Below are positions 7,094 through 13,696 of a DNA stretch of 18,609 nucleotides, one piece after another; position 1 is the first letter of the stretch, and each line of letters begins with the position of its first letter. Source of the stretch: a virus; IMG/VR virus record IMGVR_UViG_3300045988_016379; one strand, written 5' to 3'. Both the position numbers and the translations under genes were made by a program. The notes below the pieces were generated by a model. The model was not told where the DNA came from. It did no database searches and saw nothing but the letters and a program-made list of their open reading frames with translations.

Positions 7094-7888
7094 TTACTCC
7101 CATTCTTCATAGTTATGGCAGTCACTGAAAATTGTATCATAAGACCCCCACACCTGCATGAAACACGGTTCGAGGCTCCGCACAATTTCCATGTCCACAT
7201 TGATAATCGCCTGTCGGTACTCCTGTATCAGGCTCATGGCGGACTGGGAGCGGCCCGACGTGTGGGATTTGGTGCTCCCATCTGTAGCGTCGTGTTGCCA
7301 TTCCGTGCTGGATGTACTATGGGATTGAGAAGAGGTATCTTGCGTGCTATGGCTACTGCCGTCCGTATCCGCTTGCGCCTGATTGGCATGAGTCGCGTAT
7401 CGAGCAAAATCACCTTGCACTCCGGTTGCGGGCACTTCCGAGTCGTAAGACTGGGACTTGGTGCTACTTGAACTGGTGCCGTCCGAGGAGCTTCGGGTCG
7501 CACTATCCTGAGAGGCGCTGGTTTTGCCGCTGGACTGGGCTACAGTATTGGACAGGCTTTCACTGACCATTTCCATAGTGTTCAATGGGTCATATTTCAA
7601 CGCTAGCGTCCTGTATCGCTCATTAAAATATGGCATGATTTCCGCCATCGTCATCCCCAAGTAAAAAATGAACTGCTGGGCGGTTTCCTGTCCTATCTCT
7701 CGCAGCGCGTAATGGCGAACGATTTTCTCGTTCAGCTCGGCGCGGTGGTCTTCCTTATAAATCGGGTAATAGTCGGCGCTGAGATGCAGTTCGGCGTCCG
7801 TGTCGTATCCGAACGCAATGAGATTGCCAAGGGTTTCGGTGTACTCTCCCGGCGTTTCCATCGCGTAGGCGCTAAAATCCTGTGTCAT
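7094..7888 (-). CDS. Lower collar protein (phi29 gp11-like)
   Basis: The N-terminal region (YYPIYKEDHRAELNEKIVRHYALREIGQET...MAEIMPYFNERY) matches the conserved signature of lower collar proteins in phi29-like podophages. Its position directly after the connector gene also fits. SD GGAGGTG lies 7 nt upstream of the ATG, which overlaps the upstream TGA (TGATG). Confidence 0.8.
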   Translation of the reverse strand: MTQDFSAYAMETPGEYTETLGNLIAFGYDTDAELHLSADYYPIYKEDHRAELNEKIVRHYALREIGQETAQQFIFYLGMTMAEIMPYFNERYRTLALKYDPLNTMEMVSESLSNTVAQSSGKTSASQDSATRSSSDGTSSSSTKSQSYDSEVPATGVQGDFARYATHANQAQADTDGSSHSTQDTSSQSHSTSSTEWQHDATDGSTKSHTSGRSQSAMSLIQEYRQAIINVDMEIVRSLEPCFMQVWGSYDTIFSDCHNYEEWE

Positions 7889-8844
7889 CACAATACACCT
7901 CCGATACCCGCGTCGTGCGAGGCGGGCATATCGATATCCGTCGTACCACTGGCGCTAGAATCAAGCGCGTTGGGCACGCCGCTTGATTGCGCGTCCGCAT
8001 ACTCCACCCATACGTTCAGCTGTGGCCACAATCGGTTGATTTCGGTTGCCGCCGTCTGCCGCGCCTTGAGGAAACTCAGCCGGAACACGTCCACCTTTTC
8101 GTTGGCTTGCGCCACCTCATCGGAAATGAGCCGCTCTTTTTTTTCCGTCCCGGACGATTGAATGCCGAGATATCCCAATACCTCGTTGGTCACCTGAGTT
8201 TTCTGCTGGATGAACTTGTCCAGCAGATAGGGGGTGGTGTTGGGCCACGGTTGGAACATGCTACCGGGGTCGAGTGAATCGTATCCGATGATGTAATCCT
8301 GCCCGTCCTGTCGTTGTTGTAACATGTTCTGCACGGTGAGTTTGGTTCGCGGGTCGGCGGTGATGATGGTCGGCAGTTTCAGACTCTCCAAGTTCACGTC
8401 ATATGCCTTGTCGATGTCGGCGAGGCGTCGCGCGTACTGCCATAATGTCGGCTTGAATCCGACGCGCATTCGATTGTCCCAAATCGGAATGCATTCCGAG
8501 CCGGCTTTGAGCTGCCGATAATGGTAGTTGACGCCTACCGGCTCGAACATGGTGGGATTATTGTACACATTTAGCCGGCCTTGATAACCAGCCTGCGTTA
8601 CGAGGAATCTGCCGATACGTTTGTCCTCGAAAAACAACGCGCACCCATATTCGCACAAGCATATTTCCAGCCAACGCTCATCCACAGTGGGAGGCAGTCC
8701 GCGCCAGCTGAACCGATTCAACGCGAGTTCCATCAGCAAATGAAGATACATGTCATCGAGACTGGCGGCGCGTGTTTTCGCGTAATTGCCACGCGGATGC
8801 AACGCGCCGCCCCTACGATTCTGATTTTTTCTCAACCTGGACAT
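7888..8844 (-). CDS. Head-tail connector / upper collar (portal) protein, phi29 gp10-like
   Basis: Colinear similarity to phi29 gp10: basic N-terminus, F.W..LPPT, LGI....EKKERLISDEV (phi29 LGIKNANLEKKERMVTDEV). Position in the gene order matches. Confidence 0.9.
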   Translation of the reverse strand: MSRLRKNQNRRGGALHPRGNYAKTRAASLDDMYLHLLMELALNRFSWRGLPPTVDERWLEICLCEYGCALFFEDKRIGRFLVTQAGYQGRLNVYNNPTMFEPVGVNYHYRQLKAGSECIPIWDNRMRVGFKPTLWQYARRLADIDKAYDVNLESLKLPTIITADPRTKLTVQNMLQQRQDGQDYIIGYDSLDPGSMFQPWPNTTPYLLDKFIQQKTQVTNEVLGYLGIQSSGTEKKERLISDEVAQANEKVDVFRLSFLKARQTAATEINRLWPQLNVWVEYADAQSSGVPNALDSSASGTTDIDMPASHDAGIGGVL

Positions 8845-8859
8845 GCATCTAGTATAGCA

Positions 8860-11109
8860 CTAGAATGAGATGCCCGGCAATGGGTCGTTATCCGCCCAAT
8901 CGGTCACGCCGATATCATCCGGGTTAGTCCATATAGTAGCCCCAGACTCGAACACGCCTTTAATGGTCTGCCGATACTGCTCGGGCAAATCACCTCGCAC
9001 GTAACACTCTTGCATCTGCCAGTAGGTGAATTTTGTCATACATCCCAGCGATTGCGGCGGCGTGATGAAACGCTGGATAAAATACCCGTAACGCAACATG
9101 TACTCTCCGACGCTCCGCAGAGCTGAGGGTGCGCACGTCTTAAATCGAACCAACACCCCGACAATACCGTTCGCGAGGTTAAAACCGTCTCCGCCGATGG
9201 CACCGGATGTGGTCGGGGGTGTTAATTGCATCTGCTGTACCTGTGCATTGATACCCGCAATGGTGTTTTGATAGTCTCCGAACGCGGAACGTTGCGCGTA
9301 ATCCGCGTTCATATCCGCCATATTTTGGGCCAACTGGTTTGAAAGCGCTGTAGTCTGAGAGCCGTATGTGTTGGCCTGGCTTGTTGTGGCCGCGTTGGTA
9401 CTCAGCGAGTTCGCCGTGGAAAGTTGGGCGGCGGTATTGTTGATACTGCGGTTCGCTTCAGTGTTGACACCATTCATAACCACACCGCCTAATGCCGATA
9501 CCGCGCCCCCGACATTGCCCGAAGCGGCGTTACCCGCCACCCCGACCACGCCGTTAACCACGTTATTCAGCTGTGCGAGGTCAGCTCGCTGATTGTTGAT
9601 ATACGTCGTGTTGTCCAGACTGGTGTTAAGCGAGGTTGCTTGTATCGCGTTATTGGCGTTGCGGTTGCCGATAGCGAGTTTGTTGGCTTGGGTATTGTAC
9701 TGGTTTTGCATGGCCGTTGCCGCAAGAGACTGGCTGATGCCCATCTGCGCTTTTTGGTACGCCCAGTCAGCGGACTGTTGACTGTAGGCACGAGTGTAGG
9801 CACTGTTTGCCATTGCCAACTGGGCACCATTGTTGACTATCACAAATTGAGGGAAATTGCTGATGCCAAACGCGGCGTCCAACATTTCCCCGCTATCAAT
9901 GGGCAACCCATTGTTTTTATCAAGAGGAGCAATCTCGCTTGCACCCGCCTTATTGTACCCAACCGGGTAAAAGTTCAAGCGCGCGCCATTGGGCGCGTAA
10001 TTATGCACCTCTCTAATAACCAGATTATCGCTTTGGATATTTTCGGGCTTATAGGTGATATTAGTGCCATTCAAGCAAGTGCATTCAACAGTAGAATAGG
10101 GGTAGCATTTGAGTTTTTTAAGGTTTTTATAACGTTTAGGGATATTAAAATTATCACGAAAATCATTAATGGCAATAATGTCTTCATATCTGCTGGGCGC
10201 ATTTGTGGCCGACTGGGGGAAACGGTAGATACGATTATTTAATTCCGAAGGGAGTGTTTTCCCAAACAGCTTATCTACGACATAGCCGGATTGCTTAAGA
10301 AAGTCATCATCTAAAGAGGGTATCATGTACATGTTTACAATACCCTGTGTTATCCATGAAAAAATAGAGCCCACTCCCATAAACACTTGGATAGACTGGA
10401 CATCCTTAAAGTACAGTATTTCAGCACCGTTAGCCATGTTCTCAAACAGAGAGCCGCCCGCGGTAGTGAGAGACGGTTTTTCCTGACTGCCCGCGTCCGC
10501 TGACAAATCTACCGTGCTCACGACTATTACGCCGTAATTCAGATTTTTTCCGTCCATGCTGATAAGAGACTTGTACTGTTGGTTTACCGTCACCATTTCG
10601 CTACCGGTGTCCAGCCCCTCGGGTAGTGCGAGATAACTGCGACCATAATCGGTCATCTGGTTTTCGTTGGCAATGCCGATATGGCCTCGCACCACATAGC
10701 ATGAACCAAACCTAAGTACATGCTGGAACGACTGCCAAACGTCCAACTGTACAGTGAGCTGAGTAGTGTACGCATTGATGTAATCCACGTGGTTGATGAA
10801 ATAATACCAATACCGTGGCGTCTCCAAGTCGGGGTAATCGTTATACACCACGACATAGTTGTAGTTGGACGCCTCGTTAAATGGCAGTTCGACGCGCACG
10901 GGTTGGCCGAACATGTGCATGACTCCATGCACCCTGTCAATGCCAGGCCGTCGGTCAAACCATTCCTGTTGTTTCTGCGGTGATTCGAACCGGGCTAGGT
11001 CACGGTAACTGCTATCCCACGGCACGTTACAGAGTTTCAGCGACGTGTTGGGCGTCCATTGAGCCCAGTTAAACGTCGCCTCGACGTTAGGGTTGATATC
11101 TCTCATCAT
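8860..11109 (-). CDS. Tail knob / distal tube protein, phi29 gp9-like, with expanded N/Q/A/G-rich internal region
   Basis: The N-terminus (NVPW..Y.....F.S...Q..WF, YWYYFI, QLDVWQSF, VVRGH) and the C-terminus (YGYFIQR, YVRGDL, GATIWT) align with phi29 gp9. The likely start is ATG 11109 (SD AAAGGGA). The upstream 14 codons of the track ORF are encoded by a palindromic hairpin. Confidence 0.88.
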   Translation of the reverse strand: MMRDINPNVEATFNWAQWTPNTSLKLCNVPWDSSYRDLARFESPQKQQEWFDRRPGIDRVHGVMHMFGQPVRVELPFNEASNYNYVVVYNDYPDLETPRYWYYFINHVDYINAYTTQLTVQLDVWQSFQHVLRFGSCYVVRGHIGIANENQMTDYGRSYLALPEGLDTGSEMVTVNQQYKSLISMDGKNLNYGVIVVSTVDLSADAGSQEKPSLTTAGGSLFENMANGAEILYFKDVQSIQVFMGVGSIFSWITQGIVNMYMIPSLDDDFLKQSGYVVDKLFGKTLPSELNNRIYRFPQSATNAPSRYEDIIAINDFRDNFNIPKRYKNLKKLKCYPYSTVECTCLNGTNITYKPENIQSDNLVIREVHNYAPNGARLNFYPVGYNKAGASEIAPLDKNNGLPIDSGEMLDAAFGISNFPQFVIVNNGAQLAMANSAYTRAYSQQSADWAYQKAQMGISQSLAATAMQNQYNTQANKLAIGNRNANNAIQATSLNTSLDNTTYINNQRADLAQLNNVVNGVVGVAGNAASGNVGGAVSALGGVVMNGVNTEANRSINNTAAQLSTANSLSTNAATTSQANTYGSQTTALSNQLAQNMADMNADYAQRSAFGDYQNTIAGINAQVQQMQLTPPTTSGAIGGDGFNLANGIVGVLVRFKTCAPSALRSVGEYMLRYGYFIQRFITPPQSLGCMTKFTYWQMQECYVRGDLPEQYRQTIKGVFESGATIWTNPDDIGVTDWADNDPLPGISF

Positions 11110-11125
11110 ACTATCCCTTTCACAA

Positions 11126-11159
11126 AGAAGGGAGTGTTTCACGTGAAACACTCCCTTTT
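11126..11159. terminator. Palindromic hairpin with flanking A/T tracts (bidirectional terminator-like) upstream of tail knob gene
   Basis: GGGAGTGTTTCAC/GTGAAACACTCCC is a perfect 26-nt palindrome at 11130-11155. It is extended by AAGAA/TTTTA flanks. On the - strand it is followed by UUCUUUGUG and then the SD of the knob gene. Confidence 0.6.
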
Positions 11160-11187
11160 ATTATATCGCAGATTAGACGACCGTCAC
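11160..11187 (-). promoter_or_regulatory. Candidate sigma70-type promoter reading into tail knob gene
   Basis: On the - strand: GTGACG (-35, 4/6), 16-nt spacer, TATAAT (-10, 6/6; 11165->11160). The predicted start would fall at or inside the 11130-11155 hairpin. Confidence 0.35.
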
Positions 11188-11286
11188 AGTGCCCTGACAG
11201 CTGACACCGAACAGCGCGGCCGTCAGCTTGGTGGAACCGGCGGCCACTCCAGTGACTAGGCCGGTATTGTCCACTAGAGGTTCGCG
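11173..11286 (-). pseudogene. Orphan remnant of a Big_2 (bacterial Ig-like) domain C-terminus, no start codon
   Basis: The frame is open for 37 codons between TGA (11287-11289) and TAA (11173-11175): REPLVDNTGLVTGVAAGSTKLTAALFGVSCQGTVTVV*. It parallels the capsid C-terminus SESGVVSGVKAGSSDITATLFGVSGKASMTVKA*. There is no ATG or SD, and it is out of frame with the capsid gene. Confidence 0.6.
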
Positions 11287-11320
11287 TCATCAATCATCAC
11301 CCAACCTCCGGTATGACAAA

Positions 11321-11353
11321 GCCCGGAGCGCTCACGTGGCTTGCGCTCCGGGC
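11321..11353 (-). terminator. GC-rich hairpin downstream of capsid gene (terminator-like)
   Basis: Stem GCCCGGAGCGC / GCGCTCCGGGC (11 bp) with an 11-nt loop. On the - strand it is followed by UUUGUCAU. Confidence 0.5.
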
Positions 11354-11376
11354 CTTGTCCTGTATCACACCGTGAG

Positions 11377-11404
11377 GGGAGGGTAGCCAGTCGGCTACCC
11401 TCCC
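11377..11404 (-). other. 12-bp perfect hairpin immediately after capsid stop codon
   Basis: GGGAGGGTAGCC-AGTC-GGCTACCCTCCC, 6 nt from the TGA at 11411-11413. No U-tract follows it. It is flanked by the short direct repeat TGTATCAC (11361-11368 and 11407-11414). Confidence 0.5.
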
Positions 11405-11410
11405 ATTGTA

Positions 11411-13141
11411 TCACGCTTTCACGGTCATACTGGCTTTGCCGGACACGCCGAACAGGGTCGCGGTGATATCGGACGAGCCTGCCTTGACACCGGACACCAC
11501 ACCCGACTCGGATACCGTGGCGTTCTCCGGAGTGCCGGAAGTCCATGCGGCCTGGGCGGTCACGTCGGCGGTACGCCCGTCAATCATGGTCGCCACTGCG
11601 GACGCCTGCGCCGTCTGATTCAGTTTCACCGCCGGGGCGGTCACGGCAATCGACGCGATGATGGACGGGCTGAATCCGATGACACCATCGCCGACCACCG
11701 GCACGCTCAGGGCGGCGGATACGGTGCCGGGCACTTCCGGCGTCGCCGGATTTGTATACAGGGCGGTGGCCGTCACCGGGATGCTGGTGTTCGGTTCGTC
11801 AAGGCCGACCACCAGCACGCCGGTGGGCGAAATGTACGTATAATCGCTCTTCGGCTTGACGGTATCGCCGATGGTATATTCGACCGCGTCGGAGCGGAAT
11901 GTGGCCGCACTGTCATTGGTGATGGTCGTATCGGCGGTAATCTGCACCGCGCTTCCACGCGACACGTTGGTCGGGGTTGTCGTGCCGCCGCCGTACATGG
12001 CGAGTTTGAGTTGGAAGGTCGGCGTCTTGGCTTGCGTGCCGGTGGGCGGCACCGTTTTGGCGCTGGAACCCGCGCCCGTCCAGAACATGACGGCGGGGGC
12101 GAAGCCGGACACGCTGATGATGTGCTGGACATGCAGGTAATGGTTCACCGAATTGATGTTGACCGGGTTCGTCTGCTGTGTCATCTCATTGATGGCGGGA
12201 ATATCAATGAGGAATTTATCCGTGGTGAGAATGGCCTGTACGCCATTCATGCCGAACCTGTCCTGCGGGATGACGATGATTCGGTCGATGGTCGGTTCGG
12301 CGTCGGTACGCTGGAATACGGTCGCCAATCCCTGAACATCGAGTGCCGACTTGACTTCCGGGGAACAGAACAGTACGAGCTCATCCGGGCGGGCGAACGT
12401 CGGCATGTGACGCGCGTTGTATCGGGTGGACACGAACTTCAGCGTGTCGGCCCATGCGCGAATCTGCCGCAGCATGTCTCGGGCGTCGGTTTCCGTCGAA
12501 CCCATGTCGTTCAGATCCTTGGCCATGTGGACACGCCAGTATCCGCCAAGCTTCGCGTACTCGACGAACTGATGGCACATGGCCTCGAACAAGTCGACTT
12601 CCGCCGCGTTGTAGCAGGATGTGAGGATTTGCGAGGTGAGGGACGCCAAACCGCCTTCGGAAATGAATGCACGCTGAAGCGTCTTGTCATCCGTGGTCGC
12701 CGGATACCAGTGGGCGAAATCAAGACGGTGATACAGCGAATCCACGTCGATTTTCCACTTACGGAAGTTATCCGCGCCGAGGTACTCGGCGTTCGGGTCG
12801 TACACCTGAGCGAGCGGCATGCCCACGGCAATCTCCTGCCACGTGTCGCCATACGCCTGAGATGCACGCTGGAAAACGCCGAGCGGATTGTTCCACCGCC
12901 ACGTGTTCACATAGGTGCCGCCGATGCGGTTCACCAGAGCTGCGTAAAACTCGTTTTTCAACTGACTGCTGGACATGAGCGTGGCCATCTGGCGGTCCAT
13001 GTTCATCTGGGTCGCACTTGGCATGCGCCGCTGATATTCAGGCGACGCCTCATTGCGAATCATATTGAGAATCTGAGCATTGTTGAATTCGGTGAGCGGG
13101 CGAAGCTGCTGCTTCGGCGTCACCACTGGGGCGGTCGGCAT
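11411..13141 (-). CDS. Major capsid protein with C-terminal Ig-like (Big_2) domain(s), phi29 gp8 analog
   Basis: 576 aa with a strong SD (AAGGAGA 6 nt upstream of the ATG). It sits after the scaffold gene and before the tail knob gene, as in phi29. The C-terminal ~80 aa have a Big_2 pattern (VTAPAV...ATVSESGVVSGVKAGSSDITATLFGVSGKASMTV). Assignment of the N-terminal ~370 aa rests on position and size only. Confidence 0.85.
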   Translation of the reverse strand: MPTAPVVTPKQQLRPLTEFNNAQILNMIRNEASPEYQRRMPSATQMNMDRQMATLMSSSQLKNEFYAALVNRIGGTYVNTWRWNNPLGVFQRASQAYGDTWQEIAVGMPLAQVYDPNAEYLGADNFRKWKIDVDSLYHRLDFAHWYPATTDDKTLQRAFISEGGLASLTSQILTSCYNAAEVDLFEAMCHQFVEYAKLGGYWRVHMAKDLNDMGSTETDARDMLRQIRAWADTLKFVSTRYNARHMPTFARPDELVLFCSPEVKSALDVQGLATVFQRTDAEPTIDRIIVIPQDRFGMNGVQAILTTDKFLIDIPAINEMTQQTNPVNINSVNHYLHVQHIISVSGFAPAVMFWTGAGSSAKTVPPTGTQAKTPTFQLKLAMYGGGTTTPTNVSRGSAVQITADTTITNDSAATFRSDAVEYTIGDTVKPKSDYTYISPTGVLVVGLDEPNTSIPVTATALYTNPATPEVPGTVSAALSVPVVGDGVIGFSPSIIASIAVTAPAVKLNQTAQASAVATMIDGRTADVTAQAAWTSGTPENATVSESGVVSGVKAGSSDITATLFGVSGKASMTVKA

Positions 13142-13164
13142 GATGGTTCTCCTTTTCTGTTCAC

Positions 13165-13506
13165 TTAATCTTCATACAGGTCGTTGAATGTACTGTATGT
13201 GCCGTTATAGTCATCGTCGGTCATTTCAGCCGATTCCGTTGTCGCGTCATCGTCGGAGCCATCGTTGAGCACGTGGTCTGCTGCCGCGTCGCGCATCGCC
13301 TCAATGGTCTCGGACAGTTCCGCCACGGTCGCCTCCAGGGCGCTGATACGGTTGGCCATGTCGGCGTTCTTGTCATCGCCAGCGTCTTCCGGTTCGCCGT
13401 CATCCTGCGTTTCAGGCTCCGGGTTCGGCGTATTGTCGGCGTCGGTCGCGTCCTGTTCGGTGTCGGGCGTGGTGTCCGACTTGTCGTCGGTTTCGACATC
13501 GTCCAT
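13165..13506 (-). CDS. Scaffolding protein (phi29 gp7 analog), highly acidic
   Basis: 113 aa directly upstream of the capsid gene, with a D/E/T-rich disordered N-terminus and a helical segment (NRISALEATVAELSETIEAMRDAAA). ATG 13506 with SD AAGGGG 8 nt upstream is preferred over the track's GTG at 13515. Confidence 0.7.
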   Translation of the reverse strand: MDDVETDDKSDTTPDTEQDATDADNTPNPEPETQDDGEPEDAGDDKNADMANRISALEATVAELSETIEAMRDAAADHVLNDGSDDDATTESAEMTDDDYNGTYSTFNDLYED

Positions 13507-13520
13507 AATAATCACCCCTT

Positions 13521-13557
13521 AAGATAAATGGCACGGCGGCAATCACGCTGCCGTGCC
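13521..13557 (-). terminator. Intrinsic terminator-like hairpin abutting the scaffold gene RBS
   Basis: On the - strand: GGCACGGCAGC-GUGAUU-GCCGCCGUGCC (8 bp, one mismatch, then 2 bp) followed by AUUUAUCUU. The SD AAGGGG of the scaffold gene follows immediately. Confidence 0.6.
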
Positions 13558-13696
13558 GGATTGCTAGGCTGTGCGGGTTCCCTCGCCGTCGCTGGGCGTT
13601 GGCTACGCACGTCTACATCCGACCGAATCGCCTTACCGATTTGCCTGACGGTCGGGCCATCGAATCGACTTGGGACGCACATCCCGCTACCGGTCA

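Noticed and set aside
7241-7558. Ser/Thr/Gln-rich low-complexity segment (about 105 aa) in the lower collar protein, considered as a hypervariable or tandem-repeat region.
   Set aside because: No exact nucleotide tandem repeat is visible. The central parts of lower collar proteins form extended beta structure lining the tail tube, so biased composition here is not clearly anomalous.
11110-11151. N-terminal extension MFHVKHSLLCERDS of the tail knob ORF in the track.
   Set aside because: These codons are the arms of the 26-nt perfect palindrome (terminator-like hairpin). A good SD and ATG at 11109 follow it.
11287-11413. Stop-codon read-through, frameshift or bypass joining the capsid gene to the downstream Big_2 fragment.
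   Set aside because: Read-through of the capsid TGA runs 37 codons into TGA TGA in the wrong frame. The fragment's own frame has TGA TGA directly upstream (11287-11292) and further stops before that. I saw no slippery heptamer.
12011-13168. 385-aa ORF on the + strand antisense to the capsid gene, plus many other 60-170-aa ORFs overlapping real genes (for example 3393-3881, 3974-4465, 4417-4890, 4984-5493, 9640-10242, 13752-14294).
   Set aside because: Their translations are Arg/Gly/Pro/His-rich and low in information, they lack SD sequences, and they lie entirely within or antisense to well-supported genes in GC-rich DNA. This is the typical pattern of spurious long ORFs.
13619-13655. Reading the 13507-13696 region as a tRNA-like or riboswitch element.
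   Set aside because: There is no acceptor/anticodon geometry and no match to a riboswitch core I can recognise by eye. It is kept only as a generic structured-RNA candidate in the findings.
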